A stretch of 63,990 nt of DNA, the filler included, from Folioceros fuciformis (lineage: Eukaryota), in the NCBI GenBank assembly GCA_049999805.1. It is 5 parts of 4 records of this genome, joined end to end, with 100 filler letters (N's around TTAATTAATTAA, not from the genome) between each part and the next. Parts side by side here need not be neighbours in the genome. Positions count along the whole stretch, not along the records: positions 20,894 to 39,053 come from JBNGIO010006265.1; 4 more parts are not named here. One strand, given 5' to 3'. This document shows positions 23,292-37,300 of the stretch, in pieces. The notes under the pieces were generated by a model. That model had not been told where the DNA came from and did not search any database. It saw only the letters and a program-made list of their open reading frames with translations. Positions within the stretch are counted from its first letter, which is position 1. The number at the start of each line of letters is the position of its first letter. The translations under genes and the position numbers were made by a program.

Positions 23292-23752
23292 CTCCCTCCA
23301 ATTCAATTCCAATGATGGTGACCATCAGTTAGGTGTGTAGGGAACCAGAATTCAATTCCAATGATGGTGATCGTCGGTTAGGTGTGTAGGGAACCAGTGG
23401 ACTGGTTGGACCTCCCTCCAATTCAATTCCAATGATGGTGATCGTCGGTTAGGTGTGTAGGGAACCAGTCCATAGGGAACCAGTGGACTAGTTGGACCTC
23501 CCTCCAATTCAATTCCAATGATGATGATCGTTGGTTAGATGTGTAGGGAACTAGTGGACTAGTTGGACTTGCAAACTAGTAAGCTTTTCAAGCCTATGTG
23601 GGCACCACCCCCAAGGTGCGGAGACACTAAAGCTTCACGTAGCCGCTTTTAGCAAGCGGCACTACAAACCAATAAGCTTTTTGGCCTACGTGGGCACCAC
23701 CCCCAAGGTGCGGAGACACTGAAGCTTCACATAGCCACTTTTAGCAAGCGAC
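23292..23752. repeat. imperfect tandem repeats (~4 x CCAATTCAATTCCAATGATGG...AGGGAACCAG; 2 x ~92 bp) inside the LTR
   Basis: Directly visible. Confidence 0.75.
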
Positions 23753-25335
23753 ATAGATAATACTTCAAGAATGTTTGCATCCTGCAATTTCTAGTTGAGT
23801 TGTGTTCCCAACTACTCACTTAGCAAAGAGATGCTGTTGGAGCAACTGCGAAGCCTAACATTCCACCCCTCGATTCATGGTTTGTTTGAAGAAAATTTTG
23901 TGGTCATATCACTACTGTTGAAATAGTTGGTGAAATCCCAACCATGGTTGCAGCTAATTTGGTTGGGCTCGAAGTCACCATGGTTGGTGCAGCTCTTGAT
24001 ACTCCTGATGCCCTATGTCCTGCGACAGCAACAGATAATGCATTATCGGCCATAGCTGTTGCAAAAGCTGGATTAGGGGTACAAATGGTGGCCACTGTGC
24101 CAATCTGCTCCAAGGCATATTGTGGGTTGAAAGCTACCTCAAGCTTTAGCCTTAATTTTGAAACTTATTGCCTCATGATAAATTTTGAAATCCCTCAAAG
24201 TGTGAGTTCCAGGCCTTCCGCTGTTAGAAGATGTAAGACGTGTGTGATACAGCAGATCACCTGCTAGAAGTAGCGAGACTATTTGATTAACGTAACTAAA
24301 CTTTGCGAGGACGTTTCGTGAAATCGCTGCACTTGCCCAAAATTTAGACCAGTCCCAACTTGACCTTGTGAAAAGGAACTAGCCCAGGTGAAGTAGGTGC
24401 ATTGTGAATAGCACCCACTGCACAATGAGCAGCTCCAACAGTGTAAAACTGGTCGCGAAATAGCCCTAGCCCATTCTCAACGCCTAAACAAATCCTCCTA
24501 AGGGTTCTTGCAAACATGTGAATAGTACTACAAGACATATCATCATGTCCTGCCCGCAATACACTTGCATTGTCAAATGGGCATAAATTTTGTCTCAACT
24601 GGATGTCTTGGTGCATGATGGTTCGAGACAATAATTCCTTGGAATCACTCTGCACGAATTTGGATGCCAAACTACAAGTGTACAATTTCTTAGTTTGCAA
24701 GTCCTTGCTGCTGGTTGGTGCTTTCCCAATTTCAAGTTGCCTCTTCAACTTGACTTGATCTTGCAATGATATTGGCCCGAGCCCAATCAACAAGTACTTG
24801 GCCAATTTCTGGGTCACCTAAGCTTGCATCCCAGTTCCAACCCACACAATACATAGAATCCAATTTACAGTCTCTCCATTCTCAATTTGAGACATGGTAT
24901 CATAGGTTGAACATGATCAATGATTCCAATAGCCTACAATGGCTTGTCACAATCATTTCTATAAACAAAGGCAACATAACCTCTTAGGACATATCAACAA
25001 ATTAAAGTTGCAAAGAACCTACTTGCAGCAACAGGTCACTAGGACACCTCATTCTCCTTGCCATCAATGCAAGGAAATGAGATAGTCCATGCAAAAGTTA
25101 GAGCAAGCTATAAAAAGTAGTCACAAACAAACAACAACATTGAGAAGGCACATCAACTACTTAGATGCTAGCAAACATAGGATGCTAGCGAAACATGCCT
25201 TCCAAAGTTATGAGGGCAATTGCAGTCAGTTAAGGATGCTAACAAATATGCCTTCCAAAGTTGTGAGGGGCAATCACTTGTGAAAGTTTTCATCAAATCT
25301 GAATTACTGGTAAGAACCTGAACAGAAGTGCCTAA

Positions 25336-26350
25336 AGTCATGATTCCTTGGCACGAAAGGTGCAGCCCTTAATGGAAGGCATGGAGACCAATTGAGCTCC
25401 TGCGTTTCCACAACTTAATTGGCTAAGGGCTGGAGGGAAGGAGGAGGAGGCTAGCAGGACTCCTCCTGCCCGGTACATACCGGGGAGTGTGAACGATCTC
25501 ATGACTAGGAACTCCCTATTCATGTGAGCGTTGGAGTGATTTTTTGTTTTTTTGCTAAGTTTGGTGTGAAATCGAGTTAGGTTGTGAGTAAGCTGAGGTA
25601 TTTATACTCAAAAGCTCCTTGGCCTATGAGTTTTTAGTTTTGAGTTTGGTTTGACCAATAACTGGTCCTTGGACCAGGGGGGGTGGGGGGCTGATTGTTC
25701 CTTCCTTCGGACTTTGAACAATTCGTAAAAGCCTATATAAGGGAGGCACCCCATAGATGTAGAGTCAGTTTGTGATTGGGGTTAGCTCGAGAGTAGGGTG
25801 TCATAGTCTGTGGACTTAGTCTGAGAAGGAAGGTAGTCGAAGCTCGATGACGGTCGTAGAAGGTGGGAAGCAGTCGTAGAAAGGGCAACTGGTAGTGGAA
25901 GCTCGTGGCAGTCGTGGAAACAGGAACGGTTGCTGGCGGATGGAAACCCTAAGGGAAAGCCCAAGTGTCTGGGGCTATTTTGAAGTGGAGCGCAACCACA
26001 ACTAAAGTGGTGTCGGGGAGCGAACTCGCGCGAACAAAGGAGCAGGCGTACGGGCTGAATGTAGTGGCCAGGAAGAGAGGAGCGGGCGTGGGGTAGTGGC
26101 CATCTCCTAACAGACTCAAGGAAGCGCGAGGCTGTGAGGAGCAGGTTAGGAGGTGGTGGTGGCACATAGTCTAACCCTAGAGTGGCGACGGATGGCGGAA
26201 GCAGCGGTTGACCTTATGTCGGTTGATCCTTGTTGGGACGTCACACCCAGACCTATAGTGCAGGTCGAGGTTGCTCTCTAGCTCAACATGGACCATTGGA
26301 GGGTTTGGGCAGGTGAACTAGTTGAGGAGTTGGGTCTCGGGTTCATGACA
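25336..26350 (+). mobile_element. LTR-like repeat (~1 kb), probably Gypsy; partial second copy at 33594-34271
   Basis: (A)GTCATGA...TCATGACA ends, internal TATATAA, and ~680 nt alignable to 33594-34271, which abuts a Gypsy RT fragment. Confidence 0.65.
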
Positions 26351-26362
26351 AAGCACTGGAAC

Positions 26363-29300
26363 TGTTAGGAATGAAACCCTAACATAGTTTATACCTTAAT
26401 TACTAGACTAGAGGTTAATTACATAACTCAAGAGACACATCTCAGTTTTGTATTTAAAAGACACTTTCCTCTTTATTAATTAATTCTTTTTATTACAATC
26501 ACGCTTCTGTGTTTATTAGCATGGTATCAGAGCACCAGCTCTTTCGATCCATCTAATTGATTCTAGGATGCTATTGACATAGATAATTTATCTAACCATA
26601 TAATACAAAAATCTCTCTCTAAGAAATGTGTGATTGTGTGACTAGTGATTCATCTTTGCCTACACTCTAGAGATCATTAGTATTCTCTAAAAACAAAAAA
26701 ATGGATATGTAAATGAGTCTGTGGTAGTTGCAAAATGATCGGAGAAGTGGACAATGTCCTTAGGAGTCTTTGTCACAATACGTGAACAGACAACACAGAA
26801 GTCGAACACACCAAGTTGAGCGGCAGGGAAATCATCGCTTTGTGCATCGATTTCCTCAAGGCCAGCAAAGTCTATAGGCATCTCCTCCACCTGTGAGCAT
26901 GTTCCATTAGCTCAATTTGGGGGAAAGAGCTCCATCTCCACTCTCATGCTATACCCACGGCAGACCAAGACGGTCAGACTCACCGACGTATTCAGGCACT
27001 GACGTAGGGTTCAATACCCTTGATTCCTTGGTTGAAGTCAGGCTGGAGGCTTTGCGCTCTAGCGTCACCAGCTCATAAGGATCAATACTTACGCAAATTC
27101 GTCGACAGTAGTCCTTACTGTTGCAGCAAGGTGAGCACACGATTGTGGTTCAAACCCTACTTCACAGTATACAGAATTCACTCTCCTTGCTGTCGGCAAG
27201 ATTAGAGCGCCTGGAGATTGGATCTGCGTCTACTTTAGTGCCGCAAGTACATCAGGTTGCCACCAATCTACCAATTTTGCTACACACACGCGAGGATCCA
27301 ACCATGGCACCAAAGGCAGGCAGTCAGATTTGTAAAGGCGCCTCACGCTACGGGATGCTCTGCCCCAGATTGGAGGGGGATCACGCGAGCGGCCTACAGG
27401 TGCAGCGTTGGAGGCACTCAGGCATACTTCAATCGATGTTCTTCGCCAGGTTGACGGTTGATGAGTCCTGACACTTGTCACAGTTTCGCGTTCATCTGCA
27501 ATGTTTCATGTTAGTGTACATACTTTCGTATCTAATCCTAAAGGCAGCATTCTAGAAACGTCACGTACCTCCTTTAGATGTCGTTTTGCTTTCTCCCATG
27601 TTGTTTGGCTTAAGTTGGTTGTCTGAGGACTCAGATAGTGATCTAGATGAGGACTTAGCAATAGAACATGCTTTCGTACAATCCCTGCAATCTCAGTTTC
27701 TTGCATTCATTCTCCCTCCACACTTAGCTACCCCAGGAGTACTTGTCACCAATATGGCTACTACTACTAGAGCTGGCAACTATGTTGGAGAGTTCAAAGA
27801 GAAAGACTGTTTCGATGGCAAGTCTGTGAACTATGAAAGCTGGAGAGCACGAATGTAAGCTTACCTGAATGCCCGTGATGTGTGGGAATTTGTTGATGGC
27901 ACTATCCTAAATCCACACAATGTACCTGCTACAGCAGCAGTTCAACCTACAGCAGATGAAAAAGTGAAATGGCACAAAGGAAATAAAGTGGCGTTTGCTA
28001 TCATGCTATCAGGGCTGGATGCCACAACAGTAATTGAGGTTGAATTCCTACCCACAACAGCTCAGGTTTGGACTCAGCTCAAAGACACATATAAGGTGCA
28101 GAATGTCTGTACATTAATGCATGTCAGGAGTGACTTTCATTCATTCAGGATTCGGGAGGGAGAACCTGTTGGTCCCTATGTAACCAAGCTGAGGCTAATG
28201 CGAGCACAACTGTCTGTGCTAGGTGCCAAGATTAGCGAGGTTGAGATGGTTGCCCAACTATTTACTACCTTGCCTCCATCCTATCATACCTTCATTTCTG
28301 GACAGAATTCGGCACTGTCTACTGCGTATGCCGTCGTTGCTGCAAACCAATCTTATTCCCTCAATCTGAATGTTGTGGTCTGGGCTCTCCTGCAAGAGGA
28401 GGCTAGTAGACACAAACCAGGTCAGGGCACTCGCTCAAGAGACGAGAAGGTGTTATTTGCAGCTAAGGGCAAGCCGTTTGTGAAGGGCAGGAGGAAGGAG
28501 AAGCGATCTCACTAGCAACCATCTAGTGACTCAACGACTTCAACTCCCTCCAACAAACGCCAAGGTACCTGCCATAGGTGTCAAATTCCCGACCATTGGG
28601 AGCGGGACTGTCGCAAGAAAAAGGCTGGAGAACCAAAGTTTGTTTGTCATCCTCTCCTGATTTGTTTGACTCCTGGTTCATTGACTCAGGGGCTACGTCT
28701 CATGTGCGTAATAACAAGGACCTATTTGCCACACTAACAACAGAGGTTGCACCACAGTCAGTGTACGTGGGGGACTCTAGAGGCGTAGATGTATGTGAAG
28801 TAGGTTCAGTTTCCATTACCTAGTCTAATGCGTCTAAAATCTTGTTGGAAGATGTCCTGTATGTGCTAGCCATGTCAAAGAATTTGCTGTCAGTCCGTGC
28901 AGCCACCCAGTCTGGAAAATATGGCTTCTTTGTCGAGCAAGGCCACTATTGTCTCTATGATTTGTCCAGACCTGGTAGATGCATTGCTAGGGGTTAGCTT
29001 GTTAACGAACTTTATTAGCTGAACATGACTGCAGAACCAGAAGCGTATGTTACCTCTACTGTGTCTAAAGCAAACTTGTGGCATGTTAGGCTTGGGCATG
29101 TTAACAGGGAGAAGTTAAACCTAATGGCCTCCTTAGATTGTTTTAGGGAAAAACTGCCTTCATGCTTAAAGCATCTCCCCGTCTGTCAGTCTTGTGTTAT
29201 GTCGAAGCAGAAGGAGCTTCCCTTCAAAAATAAACAAGCCCACAGAGCTCAGGCGGTGTTAGAACTTGTCCATGCAAACATTGCAGGCAAGTTGCAGTTA

Positions 29301-32300
29301 AGTCGCTAGGTGGGGCTGAGTATTATCTTACCTTAACATATGACTACTCATGCTACACTTCAATGTACCCATTGTCAATAGGATCGACTCCAGTCTACGT
29401 GCAAGTGTAGGAGAGGAGAGGAGAGAAGAGAGGGTGGTATTGGTGATCACAACCATGAAAACAATACACATCACCACTGTCTTACTATGGAGGTCCGAGG
29501 TCTCCATTTAAGTAGTACATTTAGGGCTACACAACTTCCAGGTTCAATATGGGATAATCTACACTATCCTAAGTTCACTAATAACTAGAACTAGTCTAGT
29601 ATGAACCCAACTGGGATAACTAACACCACATGAGTTTAGCTCATATAGAGCTCGATAACTCAACACTCCCCCTCGAGCTCAACATAGCATCTGTACGCCT
29701 AACATAGCTCGGAATTTCTTCAGCTTCTCTGCTCCCATTGGCTTAGTAAATATATCGGCTATCTGCTCGTTTGTGTTGACGTACACAAGATCAATAGCTC
29801 CAGATAAAATCCTTTCGCGAAGAAAATGATAATGTATTTCAATGTGTTTTGTCCTGGCATGAAACACTGGGTTTCGCGCCAACTGTATGCTGCTAAGATT
29901 GTCACAGTAGATAACAACCTTGTCGTTGACCTGCAATCCAAAATCTCCGAGTAACTTACAAATCCAAGTCACTTCACACGCTGCCATTGCTGCGCCTCTG
30001 TATTCAGCTTCTGTACTAGACAAAGCCACTGTAGGCTGCTTCTTGCTACTCCATGTAATTGCTGCACTCCCAAGTGAAAAAATGAATCCACTTGTAGATC
30101 TACGATCAGTAACACTGCCTGCCCAATCTGCATCTGTGTACCCACACAGGTTTATTTCTAAATCTGCAACATAAAAGAGAGCATGATCCATAGTTGCCTT
30201 CACATAGCGCAACGTTCGCCTTACTGCATCCAAATGTGGCTTTCTTGGCGCCTGCATAAACTGACTTTGCAATCCCACTGTATAGTTCAAATATGGTCGG
30301 GATAGAGTGAGATATATCAAGCTACCCACAATCTTCCTGTACATTGTTGGATCTTCAAGTGCTTCACCATCATGAGCACTGAGCTTTAGATTTTGATCCA
30401 AAGGAATCGAGATTGGCTTGCACTCAACCATACCATACTAAGTTAGTACATCCGACGCATACTTCCGCTGTGACAGCCAAATGCCTGTGTTGGTTCGTAT
30501 AATTTCAATGCCCAAAAAGAACCTCAGTTCACCTAGGTCCGCCATCTTGAACTCTTGTTGTAGAAGTTCCTTGATCTGCTCCACTTGATCCAACTGATTA
30601 CCTCCAATGATTAGATCATCCACATAAATGGTCACAAAGACCAGTCGTTTTGTACTTTTGCACACATACAACGAATGATCCGCATCTGCCATGTTGAATC
30701 CGATGTGAATCAGATGCTGAGCAAGACGCTCATGCCAAGCCCTCGGGGCTTGCTTCAGTCCGTACAACGTTTTTTTCAGCTTGCACACATGATTTGGATG
30801 ATCCAAATCCTCATATCCTGGTGGCTGGTCCATGTATACTTCTTCCAGCAATTCTCCATGTAAAAACGCATTCTTCACATCCATATGATGTAGGACCCAA
30901 CCTTTCGATGCCGCTAGTGCGATCACGGTTCGAATTGTTGCCATTTTGGCAACTGGATTGAACGTCTCCTCAAAATCTATTCCATATGTCTGGGCATATC
31001 CCTTGGCCACAAGCCTTGCCTTGTACCTGTTGATACTACCATCTGCGTTGTGTTTGACCTTGTACACCCATTTGCAACCTATTGGTTTCTTGCCTTCAGG
31101 TAGTTGTACTAGGTCCCATGTTGCATTCTGATTTAACGCATTCATTTCTTCATCCATAGCATGTTCCCACTTTGTGTCTCCAATAGCTTCTTCAAAGCTT
31201 CTTGGTTCCACATCCTGTACAACCTTTGCCATATAGGCATGGTGCCTAGCTACATAGCTATCATAGGTCAACCGCTGTATTGGAACCTTCTGCCTTCCAG
31301 ATCTCCGTGGAATTGAACCACTTCCAGGGGCTGATTGAACCTCTTTTGCACCAGGTGTTTCGATTTTCGGTACACCGAATTCCTCATCCAAGCTCTGCTC
31401 AGAGTCGCTTGAATCATCCGCACCTGCACTTAGGTCTGGTATCTTTGAATCCTGGACTTTTTCCTTCCCTTTGCGAGACACAGCTGTGGAGCTCGTAGGA
31501 CTCACACTACCTCGCAACCTGCCACTCCATGGATTCTGAACATTTGTCGAGTTTGATGACGCTTGCGGTCCACTCAACACTTGTGATTGTTGACCTGCAT
31601 TGCTTGTTACCTCAGTTTCAAGCACATCAGCTACACTACTTCCTTGTACTTCAAAGTACCAGCTACCCATTTCATCAAAGACTACGTCTTTGCTTACTCT
31701 CATAGTCCGTGTACTGGGATTGTAGCACCTGTATCCTTTCTGTGTAACAGAATACCCAATGAAGACACACTTTTCTGCTTTTGGATCAAGCTTAGTCCGC
31801 AACTCATCCGGAATATGGACATAAGCAATGCAACCAAATACCTTTAAGTGTGACAAGTCAGGTTTCTTCCCTGTGAACTTCTCCTCCGGTGTTACACTGT
31901 GCACCGCTGTTGTGGAAGTTCTGTTCATGATGTACACTGTTGTGCTTACAGCTTCAGCCCAATAGTAGTGAGGCATCTTCTTCGCTGTCATCAATGCTCT
32001 CGCCACTTCTGCTATGTGCCTGTTCTTGCGCTCTGCAACTCCATTTTGTTGTGGCGTATAACGACATGAGTACTGCCGTTGAATGCCCTGTTCTGATAAG
32101 AATTTGCTGAACTCTCTGGAGAAGTACTCTCCCCCTCCATCAGATCTTAGGCATTTGATGTGCCTACCTGTCTGCTTCTCAACCATCGCCTTGAAAGTAT
32201 GAAAATGAGAATTCCTACACAAGCTGCGTGTGCAGCAGTTCCACCTCAATCAGTCATTCCACAACCAGCAGTGAACCATCCTGATTCTGATGGCGAGGAC

Positions 32301-33350
32301 TCATTACATGTGGTGGATAATGACGACGTTGACGACGGGCCTACAGCAGACCCACATGTCGATCAAGGCTTCTTTGATGAGCATGATACACAATCAGACT
32401 CTATTGGTTCACTACTGGATTATGGTGAAGCCGTAGATTTTTCAGACGGTGAGCTACCTGCTGGCCAAGAAGTGGGAGCATCTGGTGACAAACCTGACAT
32501 TGTTGAGGAACCCTGGTATCTTGCACGTGACAGACGAGGACGTGAGCAGTGGACTGAACCCCCTTACCAAGCTGTGGATTTCAAGGAGGAGCACAAGCAC
32601 ATGTGTCTGATTTTAACGTGCCTGAAGTTCAACTTGATCCACGGACGTATGATGAAGCGATTAATGGCCCTGATGGCCCTCACTAGAGAACATCTATCGA
32701 CGACGAGTATGCATCCCTTATAAAAAATAATACTTGGGAACTTGTGGACTTACCAAAAGGCAGGAAACCTATCAGTTGCAAGTGGGTCTTCAATACTACA
32801 CTCAAGGCAGACGGGACCATTGCTCAGTATAAATCCAACTTAGTTGCTAGGGGATTTAGTCAGATTCCAGGCATAGACTATGGTGACACCTTCTCACCAG
32901 TCGTCAAGCCTCCCTCGATCCGCATCTTGTTGGCTATGGCAGCTGAATACGACCTGGAAGTGTAGCAGATGGATGTCTGAGTAGCCTTCCTGCATGGGGA
33001 ACTTGAGGAGACGCTGTACATGGAATAGCCACAAGGGTTTATTAGTCCTGAAACAGCAAAGAAGGTTTGCAAATTGTTGAAGACCATTTATGATCTTAAG
33101 CAGTCTCCTCGGGCCTAGTACAAAAGGATCATGAAGTACTTACGGAAACAGGGTTTTCAGCAGTCCCCTGCTGACACCAATGTTTTCTATCTTGCCGTTG
33201 GTACCTTGTTCGTCATCCTAGCCCTATATGTCGATGACTGTGTGCTTCTCAGTAACAACACGGATCAACTTGAGGAGGTCAAAGCTATGTTGTGCCAAGA
33301 GTTCGAAATGACTGATCATGGGGATGTACAATTTTGTCTTGGGATGAGGT
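26363..33350 (+). mobile_element. decayed Ty1/Copia element (5' LTR 26363-26521, PBS 26522-26533, gag, protease, integrase, RT), interrupted by an antisense Copia
   Basis: TG...CA short LTR plus TGGTATCAGAGC (tRNA-iMet PBS); gag with zinc knuckle; [33 protein letters not shown]; multiple in-frame stops. Confidence 0.85.
29373..32200 (-). mobile_element. nested Ty1/Copia (integrase-RT-RNase H, PPT, 3' LTR 29373-29665), 5'-truncated
   Basis: [53 protein letters not shown] then TGTTG...GACA LTR. Confidence 0.92.
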
Positions 33351-34271
33351 TTTCCTTGACGATTTCTACGTGTTTGGAGCAGTGAAGGATCATTTGGGCC
33401 ACCTTCGCAAGTGTCTGGAGCTATGTAGGCAGACCCAATTGCATCTAGATCAGGAGAAGTGCCATTTTGGTATGGCTGAAGGCATCTTGTTGGGCCACCA
33501 CATTTCGGCAAGAGGAATAGGGGTGGATCCCGACAAGGTCAAGATGATAGTTGCCCTTAAACCACCCACAACGTTGAAGGAACTTAGAGGGTGGATTGTT
33601 CCTTGGCCTTTAGCCTTTGGAAAATTCGCAAAAGCCTATATAAGGGGGGGGGGGACCCGAATAGACATAGAGTCATTTTGTGATTGAGGTCGAACCAAGA
33701 GTAGAGTGTCATGGTCTATGGACTTAGTCTGAGAAGGGAGGTAGTCGAAGCCCGACGACAGTCATGGAATGAGGAATGCGGTCGTAGAAGGATCAATTGG
33801 TAGTGGAAGCTAGAAGTGGTTATAGAAACAGGAACAACTTCCGGAAAATAGAAATCCTTAGGGGAAGTCCAAGTGTTCGGAGGGCACTTTCAAAGTGGAG
33901 CGCAACCACGACTAAAGCAGTGTCGTGGAGTGAACTGTGGGCAAATGAAAGCGCGGGTGTACTGGCTGAACGAGGTGAACGCGGTGACCAAGGAGGAGGC
34001 AGCGGGCGCTTCGTCAGCGGCCATCTCCTGACAGGCTGGAGAAAACGCGAGGCTGTGAGGAGCAGGTTAGGCAGTGGTGGCGGCGCACAAGCAAACCCTA
34101 GAGTGGCGATAGATGGTGGAAGCGGCGGCTGAGCTTACGGCGATTGATTCTTGTGGGAACATAACATCTAGACCTATGGTGCAGGTTGAGATTTCTCTCT
34201 AGCCCAACATGGACCACTGGAGGGTCTGGGCAGGTGATCTAGTAAGAAGTTGGGTCTCGGGTTCATGGCAA
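33350..34271 (+). mobile_element. Ty3/Gypsy RT fragment fused to a partial LTR
   Basis: VFLDDF..F...HL..L..C...L..EKCHF....ILLGHHIS..GI.VDPDKV; then LTR sequence homologous to 25690-26350. Confidence 0.75.
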
Positions 34272-37200
34272 AACGCTCGCTCTAATTGGATAATTGACTC
34301 TGGAGCATCTTTCCATGTTACTCCGCATAGGCAGTGGTTTAGCACATATGATGCTACTACAAAAGGATGTGTTCCGCTTGGAAATAACTACACATGCGAG
34401 ATTGCAGGCGTTGGTGATGTGCAGCTGAAGTTCGACAATGGATCTTCATTCGTACTGAAGGATGTTAGGCATGTTCCGAAGTTGACCAAAAGCATGATTA
34501 GCGTAGGGCAGTTGGATGACGCTGGCTACCACTGTTGGTTTGGAGATCGTTCTTGGAAGATCTCCAAAGGTTCTCTTGTGTTAGCTCGTGGATCGAAGTG
34601 TGGCACTTTGTACTCACTTCAAGTAATCACTGTCCAGGATCATGTGATTTGTGTAACGGAACATCCAAGTGTTTCCTTGTGGCATAGTCGGTTAGGACAT
34701 ATGTCTCAAAAGGAATGAAGATCGTATCTCGTTTTGGTTACATCCCTGCTTCTGACTTCTCCGATTTCTTCGTGTGTGAGCACTGTTTGTATGGGAAACA
34801 GACGAAGTCACCACATGGAGTAAGAGGTAAACACAAAAGTAAACCTCTTGAGTTGGTTCACAGTGACGTTTGTGGACCTATGCCCACTGTATCGTTAGGC
34901 GGTGCATCCTATTTTGTCACTTTCATTGATGACTTCTCATGCAAGGTGTGGATTTATCCTTTGAGGAAAAAGGATGATGTCCTGACAGTGTTTCAGAAAT
35001 TCGTTACACTTGTGCAGAATCAATCTGGCCTTCGGCTGAAGTGTCTGAGGACAAACAATGGGGGAGAGCATGTCACGAAGGCTTTCCAGTCATTCTGTGA
35101 TTCCAAGGAAATCAAGAGAGAACTGACTGCGCCGTATACTCCTCCCCAGAATGGTGTGGCCGAATGGAGGAACAGAACCATCCGGGAGAGGATGTGTAGT
35201 TTGTTGTCAAACTCTGGATTGCCTAACGGATTTTGGGGAGAAGCAGTAGTTACTGCAGTGCATCTTATTAATAGACCTCCTAATAGGGCTGTGGATGAGC
35301 AGGTTCCAGAGGGGATGTGGTCTGGAAAGAAGCCGTCAGACAAGCATCTACGAGTGTTTGGCTGCGAGGCATACTACCATGTTCCGAAGGAGTTTCGGGA
35401 CAAGTTGGCACCCAAGTCCAAGAAATGTATTTTTCTTGGCTATGGTGAATTTGGTGAGATGGGATACCATCTATGGGATCCACAAGCTAAGAGGATGGTT
35501 CGCAGTAATGACATGTTCTTCAATGAGACCAAGATGCACAAGAAGCCTACTCCAATTGTAGAAGTGCGACGGGTGGTCTTTGAAGCAGATGGACTTGACC
35601 GTCCCGCACAGGTTGAACGTCGTGCTATGCAGGAATAAGTTCCTCCACTTGTAGAAGAGGAGAGAGTGCAACCAGCTCCGGTCGAGGCGCCAGTGCTTCG
35701 TAGGTCAGGAAGGATCTCACGTCCTCTTGACAGGTATGTTGCATCTCTTGATTATGTCATGCTGACGGATTGTGGGGAGCCCTCTTGTCATGTCAGTGAC
35801 TAACAACAACAAGTGGGAGAAGGCGATGCAGTCGCAGATGGATTCGCTCCACAAGAACCAAACTTGGGAGTTGGTTCGGTTGCCTAAGGGCAAGAAGGCG
35901 TTGCCATGCAAATGGGTGTATAAGATGAAGGACATACCCCATTATGGCAAACCCAAGTACAAGGCACGATTGGTTGCTAAGGGTTTTAAGCAACAACAAG
36001 GTATTGACTTTGATGAGATTTTCTCGCCAGTTGTCAAAATGACCACCTTGTGATGTGTTCTTGGTCTGGTTGCGAGGCACGACATGGAACTTATCCAGAT
36101 GGATGTGAAGTCGGCATTTCTACATGGTAATCTCCAGAAAGAGGTATACATGCAGCAACCAAAGGGTTTCATTGAGAAGGGCAAAGAGAGTCTAGTGTGC
36201 AAGTTAAAGAAGAGCCTTTATGGTTTGAAGCAGGCACCTAGGGAGTGGTATTTCAAATTCCACTCCTTTATGCTTTCTCAAGGCTACAAACGTAGCGATG
36301 AGGATCATTGCCTCTATACGAAGCAAGCTAAGGATGGAAGCTTGCTCATTCTGGTCCTCTATGTGGATGATATGCTAATTGCTAGGACTAACAGTGATGA
36401 GATTTCAGCATTGAAGTCAAAGTTGAATGGTCGCTTTGACATGACAGACTTGGGAGAGGCAAGCCATAGTCTTGGCATGCGTATTCGTCGAGACAGACAG
36501 AAGCATTTGCTTTACTTGTCTCAGACTGAATACATTAACAAGGTGCTTCAACGTTTCAATATGGAGAAGGGGAAGGTATTGAGTACTCCGTTGCCTCCAT
36601 ATGTGAAACTTTCGAGCAAAGATTGCCCAAGCTCTGCGGAGGACAAAGCTGAAATGGAGAAGGTTCCATACTCATCAACTGTGGAGTTTGATGTATGCAA
36701 TGATTGCTACGCGTTCTGACATTGCGTTTGCAGTGGGAGTGGTTAGCAGGTTTATGTCAAACCCTGGCAAGAAGCATTGGGAGGCAGTGAAAGGACTTCT
36801 GAGGTACTTGAATGGTACAAAAGCTTTGTGCATATGTTTTGGTAGTGAAGATGCATCTGTCGTGGGATATACGGATGCTAATTATGTAGGGGATATGGAC
36901 AAAAGGAGGTCCACATCCGGTTATGTCTTCATGTGCACTGAAAGGGCAGTCTCATGGTGATTGCGTTTGCAATCATCCATAACGCTATCTACCACAGAGG
37001 CCGAGTATGTTGTAGCGATTGAGGCATGCAAGGAAGCCATGTGGCTTGCTCGTTTAGTGGGAGATTTGGGGATCAAGGTTGAGTTGCCAGTGTTGCATTG
37101 TGATAGCCAGAGTGTTATCCAATTGGCGAAGAATCCAGTGTTTCATGCGAAGACCAAACATGTGGAAGTGAAGTATCACTTCATTCGAGGGGTGTTGGAA

Positions 37201-37300
37201 GACAAGAGGGTACAACTTGTCAAAGTTCACACCAGTTAGAACCCTGCAGATGTTCTTACCAAGGGGCTCTCTTCGGAGCAATTCGCACAAGCTCGGACAC
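34272..37300 (+). mobile_element. decayed Ty1/Copia pol (Tnt1/Tork-like): protease, integrase, RT, RNase H
   Basis: [72 protein letters not shown]; frameshifts and stops. Confidence 0.92.

Larger units (their letters stand above)
22754..23860 (-). mobile_element. ~1.1-kb LTR on the minus strand with internal tandem repeats
   Basis: TGTTA...TAACA terminal inverted repeats; purine tract GAGGGGTGGAA immediately upstream on the minus strand (23861-23871). Confidence 0.65.

Noticed and set aside
22761-23570. Repeat arrays that superficially resemble CRISPR
   Set aside because: Head-to-tail repeats without unique spacers, inside an LTR, in eukaryotic DNA with no cas genes.
26522-26533. TGGTATCAGAGC as a tRNA gene fragment (also 53932)
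   Set aside because: It is the retrotransposon primer-binding site complementary to the tRNA-iMet 3' end, not a tRNA gene.
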